A stretch of DNA of 64,000 bases from Paramoeba atlantica (GCA_977017575.1 CDRNVI010000029.1:248001-312000), one strand, 5' to 3'. Positions 52,736 to 62,846 are shown, counted from the first letter of the stretch. Program-made: numbers and translations. The notes: a model not told the origin generated them from the letters alone.

Positions 52736-52982
52736 TACGTTAGAGAGAAGTTATCCTTAACAAATGAAACGTGTTTGTTTTGAAAGCTTTGCTACTTTCC
52801 TTTGTATAAATGGTATAGTACATTTTAACGAATATTTCAAATGATTTTGATTTGAAAACGTTCAGGAATTCATCCTTTCTTGCCTTTCTTTAATACCTTA
52901 ACCACATACACTTACATTAGTAAACGAAATTTAGAGACTTACTACAAAGATAAAGTCTTTTTGATCAAATCGTCTATTAAAA

Positions 52983-55061
52983 ATGAGTGTCCCACTTCTA
53001 CACAACCCATTTCGAGACCAAAACGCACCGAACAGCGCGATCACATCCGATTCTTCATCGATATCGGAGAGATTTAATTCAGACAATGTAAAAGAATCTC
53101 AAAGGCCGTGGAATACCGAGAGCAGGTCTTCGTTTCATCACCATTTAAAGAACATTTCCCCTGACCTATACCAAAAATTGAATCCTGGTTCTCATGTTCA
53201 AGATACGAACTTTAGAGCTCCTGAAAAGAACCAGATATCCGCCAGTAAGGATGAAAACGTTACACAGAAAGCTGACTCTGCTCCAGATAGTTCCTCTGAT
53301 GGATCGCAAGCAGTTCCACTTTTTCACCGCTTTGCAACGGGAATTGGCACGAATTTGGGAGAATCTCTGGGTATTTCCCATACTACACTACTACAAAAAA
53401 AGTTACAAAACTTCTTTGACGCTTTTACGCCTTCCAATGCCCCAGAATCAAAACTTAGGAAAGATGAGTGTCCTGTTCCTGGATTTACGCCACCGATCCC
53501 TTTGTCTGCATCCGAGCAGAGAAAAGAGATGCTTCGCCTCTATAAGGTAGTAAATACTAAAGCTGCCCAACAAGCTATGCGCAAGTCGGAAGTTGAGTTA
53601 GAGTATCATCAAGCGTGCGCATCTCAAGCGGAATTGCGTCAAATTCTTCATGACCTACAAAAAGATCATGATACCATGGACGCTGATTTAGTAAAATGGG
53701 AACAGCAAGCTAATCGATGTTCTGCATTGTCACAGGAACAAGAAAAGCTGAAGCAAACTTTCCGAGATTTGGAGTTACAAAGAAAAGAGTTTGATGCATC
53801 GTTTGCTTCTCGAACCAAGCAGTGCGAAACGGAACTTGAAAGTCTACGATCAATATTGACAATGTTAAGCGCCCAGGTGTCTGAAAAGGATGTAGACCTC
53901 GAAGCCCTCAGGACTGATGTCGGCGTCGCAGAGGAAGGAAGCGTGCGCTTGTCATCGTTGGATACGGCTACTGAGACCATGGAGAAGGAGCTTCAATCTT
54001 TACAAATTGATGTTGATATCATTAAACAACGTTACACACATGAATTAGAGGCTTCAGAAAGCGAAAATGAAAGCTTTCGTTCGCTTACGCAAGAATTGGA
54101 ACAAGAAGTTTCGAGATCCCGCAAGATGAGGGCTGGTGTTGAACATCTCATACAAAAAGTGGATTCTGTCCCGGAAACGACGATTTCAAATTTGAACAAC
54201 TATGTAGCGTTTTCAAAACAAGCATTCGCGGAAGCGAATACTATAATTTCGGACTGTAAAGACGCAATTCAATCGGTTTCTAAGGAGACAAGTGCTGTTC
54301 ATGAACTAATGTTTCCTGCGGATGTTGCAATAGAAAAGTTCGCCGAGAAATTGAAAGTAAGAGACCAGTCTCACTCCAGATTTCTAGGAAAAATCCAAGC
54401 ACCCGTAAATCCAAACATCAGGAAAAATCAACAATTGATTACCACTGAACATATTGCGTCACATTCTGCTTCACCGGACTTAGCAACGGATACTTCAATG
54501 CATCTTTCTCTAGATCCCGATAGTGAAAGAAAGGCTCTGTTCGGTGAGCTTTCCCAAGAACTGGGCAATTCTTCTGTTTTTCAGTCAGTTGTTCTTTATG
54601 AGGCCGAAGAAAACACTTTGCGCGGTGAAACTGAAGGGAGGAAAATTAACGAGCAGAACACAACCTCTACGTCGCATTTGTTGTTAAAGAATGGAACGGG
54701 GGAGATGCACCTTGATGATAATACTGCTCCAAATGAATATGTTACGAATATAATGGAAACTTCAACCTTTTTTGAGCTTCCTTCCACAACTCCGTCCGAT
54801 GTGCTGCCTTCATTTCCACCAGGATTGAATTTACCTTTCAATGACTCGTTACCCTCGCAGGTATCCGAATATTGCGCTGGAAAGACGATGTCTCAAGTGA
54901 AAAACGTAACACAAGCTTCTAGCAGCGAAGCAGAATTTGACCCGGATCGTACCATTTTATTCGTGGAAGACGATCATCCACAAAATAAGAACTCTCGTGA
55001 TGAGAATAGTACGAGCGAGTTTCCCATGTCGAACAAACGTTGGAAATTTGACTACAAATAA
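52983..55061 (+). CDS. Hypothetical 692-aa protein with central coiled coil
   Basis: Long ORF; heptads at about aa 180-420; disordered termini. Confidence 0.8.
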   Translation: MSVPLLHNPFRDQNAPNSAITSDSSSISERFNSDNVKESQRPWNTESRSSFHHHLKNISPDLYQKLNPGSHVQDTNFRAPEKNQISASKDENVTQKADSAPDSSSDGSQAVPLFHRFATGIGTNLGESLGISHTTLLQKKLQNFFDAFTPSNAPESKLRKDECPVPGFTPPIPLSASEQRKEMLRLYKVVNTKAAQQAMRKSEVELEYHQACASQAELRQILHDLQKDHDTMDADLVKWEQQANRCSALSQEQEKLKQTFRDLELQRKEFDASFASRTKQCETELESLRSILTMLSAQVSEKDVDLEALRTDVGVAEEGSVRLSSLDTATETMEKELQSLQIDVDIIKQRYTHELEASESENESFRSLTQELEQEVSRSRKMRAGVEHLIQKVDSVPETTISNLNNYVAFSKQAFAEANTIISDCKDAIQSVSKETSAVHELMFPADVAIEKFAEKLKVRDQSHSRFLGKIQAPVNPNIRKNQQLITTEHIASHSASPDLATDTSMHLSLDPDSERKALFGELSQELGNSSVFQSVVLYEAEENTLRGETEGRKINEQNTTSTSHLLLKNGTGEMHLDDNTAPNEYVTNIMETSTFFELPSTTPSDVLPSFPPGLNLPFNDSLPSQVSEYCAGKTMSQVKNVTQASSSEAEFDPDRTILFVEDDHPQNKNSRDENSTSEFPMSNKRWKFDYK

Positions 55062-55838
55062 AAAGGCCGCATGTACATGTGCTGTGACCTGTTGCTACGC
55101 CTTAGTGCCGCCAAAAAAGTGGAAAACTATTCTTTCAATAAGTTACTTACTGTGCCCCGAATGAAGCCTTAGGTAGAGCTAGAATAAGTGAAGAGTTCTG
55201 GACGAACGTCGAAGAAAGTGTTTTTCTAGTTTTTGAATAGTTCAGATCAGTAAGTACAACTCATGCTTTTTTCTGTGCTGCCCACTAGTGATGCATTTCT
55301 TTTTGTCATTATTTTCTGAAAGTAACCTTAATATCATCAAAAGTATATTTTCGTTTCTTTTAATGAACAAAGTAAAGAAATTGTTTCCTTTTTTTCATTC
55401 AAAGATTCTCTTGATTCAAACCATGTAGATTTTCATATTCTCTTTATTCGAACGTTAGTCGTATCCTCAATTTTTGGCACCGAGCGCGTATGGACTGACC
55501 AGGAACTTGTATTTTAGAAAAATTTCATAAATATCTTACTGTATAGAGAACTACTATAACTTCGACTTCATACTTTGTGAATATCATAGGACACTGTAAA
55601 TGAGAGTCCTAGAATGCGTACGGTTAGAAATCAGAAAAGAATTTTATTTTTGCATTTACTTCTTATAACAAACTCTGTTCTTCATCGATGCATCACATTT
55701 CCGAGATTTCACACACTTTTTTCTTTTCTCTCCACAAAAAAGAACATCTCATTTCATCACTACCACCCCTTCTACCACCCCATCACTACCACCCCATCAC
55801 TTCCACCCCTTCTCCATGACCCTCTAATCCCCACTACC

Positions 55839-57071
55839 ATGTCAACCCCTCTATGGTGGGAACTCCGCCGTTGGTTCTCCCTGCCCCCCTCCCCCCTCCG
55901 GGCCCGTCGCGCCGGAGCCCACCCCCGCATGTGGCGCCCCGACCACCTCCTCCGCAACCTCCCCAGCTCCCTCACCGGGGACGAAGTCAAGGCCGTGGCC
56001 TACCGCCCCCTCCCCCCGGCCCACACCGTGGAGGCCGAGGAGGACTTCCACACCAACTGTGTCCTCCACCGGGAGTACTACCCCCCCGAGTCCCGCACCC
56101 ACTTCGGCACCGAGCTCGCCCCCGTGGCCTACTCCCCCACCGAGCGCGCGAGCCTCATGACCCGACTGGCGGACCAGAAACAGGCCGAGGAGCGGTCCGC
56201 CCACCGCACCCACGACACCAGCGCCCAGGTCGGGAAGCAAATCCGTTTCGCCCCCGGGGAGGATGACGGGCAGCACGGCCCCGTCTCCGGGGTCGCGTAC
56301 GAGATGGATGACCGCCGTCGGGGGTTCCTGGAGGCCCTCGCGGGGGTCCTCCCGGGCCGGGAGGCGTTGCAGGAGGCGTGTGGGCTGATCTACGGGTGTG
56401 ACTCCTATGAGGGGAAACAAGGCTGGTTGGCCATGTTTTTTGGTACCCATGATGATGGGCTGGAGCAACTCTCGGAGAAGATTGCGAATTTGCAGGAGGA
56501 TGCGAGGGATCTGGCAAAGGATGAAGCGATGCAAATGAATGAGGCGGAGGCGAGGGAGGGTCCGATTCCGAATGAGTATGTGGAGTATACTCCGGTGTAT
56601 AAGTCGTACTTGCAGTACTGCCGTGGGGAGACGCGTACACCTTACTGTGAAAGTGATCTAGGAGACACAGGTCTGCTATCGCTGTACCAAGAACGACTGC
56701 GTTGGAGGAAAATATTTGACAAACTTACGGGAAATTTGCACATGGAATCTAGCACGGCATTTGATGAGATCCAAGGCGGGTGCAAATACTCCAGCAAGTC
56801 GACTGCTAAAAAAGTTGCTGTACATTCCTGCGCTCACCTGAAGAATCTTAACCTTACGGAGCAAGAAAAGATTGATGTGGAGCGTTTGGACCACCAGCTA
56901 CGTACACTACGACTTTTCGATGCAAAGAAAGTCGAAATTCAACGTGAACTCGTGACCAGAGTAAATCTTGGGGTTGGAGGAAGTGTTACCCCAGATTATA
57001 CACTTGGCAGTCCGCATACGACACCGGGAAATCCTCAGGATCCATTAAACCCTTTGGGAGGAAATATGTGA
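55839..57071 (+). CDS. Hypothetical 410-aa protein, probably mitochondrial
   Basis: The first plausible ATG follows a pyrimidine/C-rich tract; MSTPLWWELRRWFSLPPSPLRARRAG is presequence-like. Confidence 0.75.
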   Translation: MSTPLWWELRRWFSLPPSPLRARRAGAHPRMWRPDHLLRNLPSSLTGDEVKAVAYRPLPPAHTVEAEEDFHTNCVLHREYYPPESRTHFGTELAPVAYSPTERASLMTRLADQKQAEERSAHRTHDTSAQVGKQIRFAPGEDDGQHGPVSGVAYEMDDRRRGFLEALAGVLPGREALQEACGLIYGCDSYEGKQGWLAMFFGTHDDGLEQLSEKIANLQEDARDLAKDEAMQMNEAEAREGPIPNEYVEYTPVYKSYLQYCRGETRTPYCESDLGDTGLLSLYQERLRWRKIFDKLTGNLHMESSTAFDEIQGGCKYSSKSTAKKVAVHSCAHLKNLNLTEQEKIDVERLDHQLRTLRLFDAKKVEIQRELVTRVNLGVGGSVTPDYTLGSPHTTPGNPQDPLNPLGGNM

Positions 57072-57262
57072 AGGGAATATAAGGGCTGTATTTGTAACGA
57101 AATATTTGTGTTACGATACGCAGTAGTAATCATGAAGCAAAAAAAAACGGTTTCATGACGGTAAAGTGGCGCATATGCAACTGATTTCCTCGTTGATCTA
57201 CACTGTCGGTACTGTTATGATAAGTAGCTACTTGTATGCGTAGTTGAAATAAAATTTCTTTC

Positions 57263-57847
57263 ATGCCAAATTGTTTAGCCACGGATGCAGTGGCGAAGCC
57301 GAGTACTCTAACACGTTTTAAGACCCTGGGAGATTCACGAAACGTGAATGCGCACGAAGAAGACGCAGGAGTGGAGAGACATAATGCAGTACTGCAACGT
57401 ACACTAACGAAAGCCTCAAGTTTACTCAGTTGGATATGTAAAGATGCCGACGAAGCTTGGCGTGTAGCACATGCATACTCCACTGTTGAAAAATGCAAGG
57501 TGCTGGTTGCACAGGACACAACTCGAAGCACTCTGTTAAAACAAATTTTTGGTTCTCTACCGGGCGGATCCATGGCATTCCGACTTAATCGATTACCCGA
57601 TGGGAAATATGCCGTCCGCAGTGCGGATCTGTTGTATACAGTTCATCTGGATGAGTGGAACGCAATATGTTCTCCACCATTAACGAACCAAGAGAAGAAA
57701 AGAAAGGCAATATTTGTTTCGGATTCTGCTGCATATTGCCCGCTGTGTTATGAAGAACAAGATAGCCTTGAAGCTGCCAGAGCACATCTTCTATCAGCCT
57801 GTCTACGACGGCTTGCAGTGGTTACTGACCCTCCGATTCTTTTTTAA
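57263..57847 (+). CDS. Hypothetical 194-aa protein with C-terminal C2HC-type zinc finger
   Basis: CPLCYEEQDSLEAARAHLLSAC (C-x2-C-x12-H-x4-C). Confidence 0.6.
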   Translation: MPNCLATDAVAKPSTLTRFKTLGDSRNVNAHEEDAGVERHNAVLQRTLTKASSLLSWICKDADEAWRVAHAYSTVEKCKVLVAQDTTRSTLLKQIFGSLPGGSMAFRLNRLPDGKYAVRSADLLYTVHLDEWNAICSPPLTNQEKKRKAIFVSDSAAYCPLCYEEQDSLEAARAHLLSACLRRLAVVTDPPILF

Positions 57848-58014
57848 TATTCATCAAGATATTGTACCAGCTGATATATAGAGCAAAAGTTTGAGGACTT
57901 TATTGTCTCGTATCGTTCCCCTTCGCTCATTCAGCTAAGCAAGACAACTTTCTTCTAAATTTTAATTTATACATGTGATTTTATAGATATTCGTCGCACA
58001 ACCATCGTTACTCC

Positions 58015-59256
58015 ATGACAAGCTATTCATCCATACGATTTTTTGTAAATCCTTTTTCGACGCCACTGAAATTACTGGATTCTTCTCCCAAAGTAGATCA
58101 TGAAGAGGCAGTTAAGGAACTTTTGCTATCGTTACATAATGGGTTAGCAGACGAGAAAAGGGAAGCGTACCTTTCCCACAATTACACTCTTTATACCGGA
58201 CTAGGAGGTATTACATTCACTTATTGGGAGCTTTATCGCAGGAGTGGAAAAAGCGAATATTTGAAGAGAGCAAAAGATTTGCTAGAGCCTTGTCTTCAGT
58301 GGCTACTTTCATGTGATCGACATCGTTCTGACGTTTCTACCTTTTTTTGTGGCGACGTCGGCATACTTGTTACCGCAATCTGTGTGTCGTGTGCACAAGG
58401 ACTAACACATAAAAGTGTGCGTTATTTTGATCTTTTGCAAGCAAGAGGGTGGAAAATAAAGTCTTTGAGAGAAAATTGCGACGAACTGTTATATGGTCGT
58501 GCGGGATATTTGTATGCATTATTCTATATCTGCCGGCACACATTTTTCTCGCTGCCCAGTGAATTAGTACAACGCCTGATTTCTCAAATTTTAGCCAATG
58601 CAGAATTCAGCTCTGAGTTTGGTAGTATCTGGTATTGGCATGGAAAACCGTATTTGGGGGCCGCGCATGGCACAGCAGGAATTTTACATGTCTTGTGGCA
58701 TGCATATCCCATTCTTGAATGTGCCCAAAAAGACTTTATACAAAAATCTACGCTATCTCTCTGCAGAGCCTGCACCCGGCACGCGGGTCTTCCGAATTGC
58801 GCGGAGTCGGGGAGTAAAAATTTATTAGTACACTTCTGTCATGGAGCTCCAGGTGCGATTCTACTTTTTTGTACTGCGTATAGATATTTTCCGTTCAAAG
58901 AGTACCTGGAAACTGCCGAGACACTTGCTTCTGTCGTCTGGGAATACGGGTTGCTTCGTAAAGGGGGAGGCCTTTGCCACGGAGTTGCAGGAAACGCATA
59001 TTCCTTTTTAGCTTTATACAGAACTACACAAAAACTATGCTATCTCCATGCTGCAACTCACTTCGCCTATGTAATGCGACATTCTCATGCTTGGGCTGAA
59101 TCATGTTCAGCATACGATGACCCGCAACGACTGAAGCGCGGCCAGGCCGACCATAAATTGAGCCTTATGGAAGGTGAAGCAGGATCAGCCCTATTTTTCT
59201 CCGACATGAACAACCCTATGAATTCCGCTTTTCCAGGAGTGGAGCTCGCATGTTAA
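58015..59256 (+). CDS. LANCL: LanC-like protein
   Basis: LYTGLGG, ELLYGRAGYL, YLGAAHGTAGI, HFCHGAPG, GLCHGVAGN, SLMEGEAG motifs. Confidence 0.93.
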   Translation: MTSYSSIRFFVNPFSTPLKLLDSSPKVDHEEAVKELLLSLHNGLADEKREAYLSHNYTLYTGLGGITFTYWELYRRSGKSEYLKRAKDLLEPCLQWLLSCDRHRSDVSTFFCGDVGILVTAICVSCAQGLTHKSVRYFDLLQARGWKIKSLRENCDELLYGRAGYLYALFYICRHTFFSLPSELVQRLISQILANAEFSSEFGSIWYWHGKPYLGAAHGTAGILHVLWHAYPILECAQKDFIQKSTLSLCRACTRHAGLPNCAESGSKNLLVHFCHGAPGAILLFCTAYRYFPFKEYLETAETLASVVWEYGLLRKGGGLCHGVAGNAYSFLALYRTTQKLCYLHAATHFAYVMRHSHAWAESCSAYDDPQRLKRGQADHKLSLMEGEAGSALFFSDMNNPMNSAFPGVELAC

Positions 59257-59505
59257 TCCTTTCTCGATACACGTAGTTTACCGCCAGCCTATCACATTTC
59301 CTAATTCCCCCAATTACTCCTCTCGGTGAAACCTTGCGAAAACCGAATAAACTTTTGTGAAATGCCAAGAAACGCGAAATGTCATCCGAAACGGATGCCT
59401 CCGGGATTATTTGAGATGCCTAAAACGGACACTTGAAAACCTTATTACCATACGTTGTGGTTCCATGGAACACGGAACACTGCTTCGGGAACACCGTTGT
59501 TAGTA

Positions 59506-60172
59506 CAGTGACGAAAAAAAAAATATTTTGTTAAAAATATTTTGTTAAGGGACTATCCTTGAAATGAAAGACGAATAGTTATCATAGTATATGGGGGTTA
59601 TGTAGGGGTATGTACCATCACACTGACCGTGAGGGTCGTTACCTATGAAGCAGCTTCTACGGGGACCTGTAACACCTTTAAGTTAAAACTATTATTGAGA
59701 CTTTTCTTTTGATTTTTTTCGAGTGAAGTTTTTTTGATAAAAAGATGGATTATTTCGTGATTAATAACGGTAAAAACAAGGTAAAACTAATACTTTGTAT
59801 GCCCCCCTTTCGCAGCAATCACCGCTCTCACACGGCGAGGCATGTTGCTCACTGTGGACGCGCATAGGGCACTGGGAAGTGCGTCCCACACAACTTTGGC
59901 CCGTCCTCAAACTCAATCATTCCCTCGGGGTCCTTCATACAAGCAGAGAGACGCCGTTTCAAATGGCCCCACATGTTCTCAATAGGATTGAGATCTGGGG
60001 ATTGCGGGGGCCACTTCAAAACCACATAGCTTTGGCTTGACAACCACTTGCTTGTGTGTTTTGGGTCATTGGTGAGTCTGTAGTTAGTATCTGGAGATAT
60101 GTGCGGGTGTCTGTGAATCGCTGTGGGCTGATGTGATTCGCCGTGAGTAGCTGTGAGTATTTTTTTTTCGTC
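59506..60172 (-). mobile_element. Internally deleted Tc1 element
   Basis: TA|CAGTGACGAAAAAAAAAATATTT at 59504-59526. A partial inverted copy (TATTTTTTTTTCGTC, 60158-60172) lacks the terminal 4 bp. A transposase remnant lies between them. Confidence 0.65.
59787..60070 (-). pseudogene. Tc1 DD34E transposase C-terminal remnant, frameshifted
   Basis: NDPKHTSK-WL....VLKWPPQSPDLNPIENMWGHLKRRL, then after a 1-nt shift RAKVVWDALPSALCASTVSNMPRRVRAVIAAKGGHTKY* (stop at 59787-59789). Confidence 0.95.
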
Positions 60173-60988
60173 GGAAGACCCCGAAGAAAGTATCATCGCC
60201 ATTCGTTCATCCCTTTGCTCTTTAACACTTTTCGATGCAGTTCCCTTGTACGTTACCCACATGCGGCGCAACGTTTTCGATAGAACGGATGTCGCCAGGG
60301 GGAAGCTCACGACGAAAATATTCCGCAACAGAAGTTGCCGCACGACGACTTTCGACTTACCCACAGTAAAGCTTCGCTGTATTATGCAGAGCACCTGGGC
60401 CACAAATGCGAATGTCAGTTTTCGTTGGCATACTGTCCACCCTTCGTAGACACAGCATGCTTCTTGGACTCTTTTTTGGTCTAACCCACGCTTCGCACAC
60501 TTTGCCACAACTTCGGGGCTCAAGGTCTGATGATCTTGCGGCTTATTGCAGGAGGGGCAAATGTTGCATCCAACAGGCACACAAAACTCAGAACAATGTT
60601 CACACATTTCAAGTGAAGCTCATTGCTCACTGGTGTGCTCGTTGCTGCAACCAAGGCAGGAGGGGGGAGTCCGTCACGGAACTGCGTCAACTTATCGCAG
60701 TGAAAACAGTGTAAACGCACATACCGTATAATGTGTCAACATCTTTGCAGCGACCAACGATGCCACATGCTGGATTACATGTCGATCCGATTTAAGGAAG
60801 CCCGTGAATAGTTTGCCATCGAGGAGATATTCCAAGAGTTAAGCTTCTGGTTGCATCCCCTGCTCCTTCATCCGAAACTCACACAGAACGCGAATTTGGT
60901 CATACATATTTATGTTGCGCATAGAAAACAAAAAGAATCTCTTCCACAGGCTTACTGTACGCTCCATGAGGCTTAAAAGGTCCTCTTA

Positions 60989-61778
60989 GAGGGGTGGACC
61001 GCCAAAATTACGATTACGTGGCGCACCCGGCCGCACCCAGCCGCACCCGCTAAACCTAAGCTGTTTCAATGGGCGAAAACACTTGGCGAATTTTTGGACG
61101 CCTGAGCGTCCGCTTTGAGTCCGAACTTTTTGGTCTTGGATAGAGGCAGGTGATTTTTCAAGAGGCGCATGGTAAAGCGAAACTGACATTGTTTGCAAAT
61201 CAAGAACACATCATCCGACAAAAATAGTGATTTGGGGGGCTATTGCAGGCAACGGGCAAGGAGTAGGAGTGAAATGTTGTTTAGTCCCACTTTTTCCAGT
61301 CTTCTGAAGCAAGTTGAATGTTTTTTAAGATTTCCTTGTAATTGTTCACTCACTGCAGACGAATCGCCAATATATGCTCCTAGAGTTTTTATCGTCTGAG
61401 ATGCTGCCCTAACTCCTTCGCTCTTCAGCTTGTCGGGTACCTGTGTCATGCTTAGGCCTCCGAACCATACGCATTTTTCTTTCGCCATTTTAACTTGTTT
61501 TTCGTCGAGAAGCTCGTGTAGCCTTTTGAAGGCCTTTGCGATTGAGTCGGGATTTTCGGATGCCAACTTTACCCCACCTGGTTTACGTTTCTGGAGGCAA
61601 GGCCCAACTGTAAGCGAAGCCCACATCTGGAGGTAAAAGCTCCCGTTCGCGAGCAAGGCCCTACTGTGAGCGTAGCCCTGGGACAAAATTATTTTTTTTG
61701 TAGAACTGTATTTATATTTTGAGCCGCACCCGACCGCACCCGGCCGCACCCGCTCGCACCGAGCCCGGTTCACCCCTC
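60989..61778. mobile_element. PIF/Harbinger-like TIR element (790 bp), TTA TSD
   Basis: CCTC TTA|GAGGGGTGGACCG ... CGGTTCACCCCTC|TTA ATAATTTG (TIR 12/13). Empty site CCTC TTA ATAATTTG at 16724-16738. CCGCACCC x3-4 inside both ends. Confidence 0.88.
61220..61572 (-). pseudogene. Non-LTR retrotransposon reverse-transcriptase fragment (CRE/SLACS-like), RT domains 6-7 and thumb start
   Basis: VKLASENPDSIAKAFKRLHELLDEKQVKMAKEKCVWFGG...IKTLGAYIG...KKHSTCFRRLEKVG...LLLLARCLQ*PPKSLFL; the YxDD is missing or mutated. Confidence 0.7.
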
Positions 61779-61866
61779 TTAATAATTTGCCTTCTTATAA
61801 TAATTAAAACTATTAATAATTTCTATTACAAAAATTATTACGGCTACTATGGTTCCACTTTCTTTC

Positions 61867-61939
61867 CTGATGACGCACAGACTACATATATTCGTAGACC
61901 TTTTTTGAAGAACACATGAAAATCTGTTGTCCCGACTGA
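61867..61939 (+). ncRNA. U25/snR56-like C/D snoRNA, copy C
   Basis: Same boxes and guide as copy B (TGATGA 61868-61873, CTGA 61936-61939). Confidence 0.6.
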
Positions 61940-62230
61940 TAAGATTTGATATGCTTTTGTCTTGGCAAAATTGCATTTGCAAATAAAAGTGTCAGTACAT
62001 TCATTCCCGTTACCCCCTTAGATATCCTAGTACGCTACTTATCCTCTTTTGTGATGAAACCTCTGGGTCACGAGAGGATAAGTAGCGTACTAGTTTACAG
62101 AGAAATTATTCAGAATCTTTTCTTAAAAAATTCATTCGTAAAATTTTTAAGAGTTATTATATGTAACTCTTTGTGTATAACTCAGTTATACACAGTTGAT
62201 GTGAGGCCCAATGTGAGATTACGAGAGAAT

Positions 62231-62300
62231 ACGTAAGATCATGCGAGATCACGTGAGATCATGCGAGATCACGCGAAATCATGCGAGATCACGCGAGATT
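62231..62300. repeat. 7 x 10-bp tandem repeat with alternating units (ACGYRARATY/ATGCGAGATC), 20-bp higher-order period
   Basis: acgtaagatc atgcgagatc acgtgagatc atgcgagatc acgcgaaatc atgcgagatc acgcgagatt. Confidence 0.9.
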
Positions 62301-62526
62301 AAACCCGATTTATACCCGGAGCCCCTTAGTTATATTCAGAAATACATACATGTACATCGGTAGATACAGTTCAATATGAGTGTCAGTACATCAATATCCT
62401 ATATTAGTAGTTGAACTACCAAGTTTAACGATCCGCTCTTAGTAGTAGTACTATTGTTTCGAAATGGATTTCTCCGCCACGCTAGTCGCCATTGACATCT
62501 CCTTACAACGTGGCAACACCCGAATA

Positions 62527-62846
62527 CTGTACCCCCCCTAGTTATCTGTCCCACGTCACCCCCATAGTTATCTGTCACTTTTTAAAAATAGGCAAAATAC
62601 TTTCTTCCAAAAAAAATCAAAAAATGAAACTAACAGTATTTCTTTTTGTGTTTCAAGCGAATGGTCGTGCGTGGTACTATTACAAACCGTTTCTGATTCT
62701 ATGTTCTGACTTTTTTTTTGTGACAGAACCCCTCCCTAGTTATCTGTCGCACACTGATCCGCCTAGTTATCTGTCACACCCCTATCCCCCCTAGTTATCT
62801 GTCACTACTTTTCGCGAAAAGGTGACAGAAATCTAGGGGGGTACAG
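62527..62846. mobile_element. pogo-like MITE (320 bp), TA TSD, same termini as 16752-17859
   Basis: TA|CTGTACCCCCCCTAGTTATCTGTC ... GACAGAAATCTAGGGGGGTACAG|TA; five direct copies of TAGTTATCTGTC. Confidence 0.9.

Larger units (their letters stand above)
60906..62069 (+). repeat. About 370-bp dispersed repeat, copy B, split by the 790-bp TTA-inserted element
   Basis: Colinear with 16655-18129 once each insertion is removed. Confidence 0.92.

Noticed and set aside
61690-61720. Spliced-leader gene remnant next to the CRE-like RT (minus strand ATACAGTTCTAC)
   Set aside because: Only a short partial resemblance to the SL core; no AACTAA start or GT donor context.
60986-61782. Sola3/piggyBac (TTAA) assignment for the GAG-terminated elements
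   Set aside because: The empty site and the second element at 14464/15584 both show a 3-bp TTA duplication, not TTAA.
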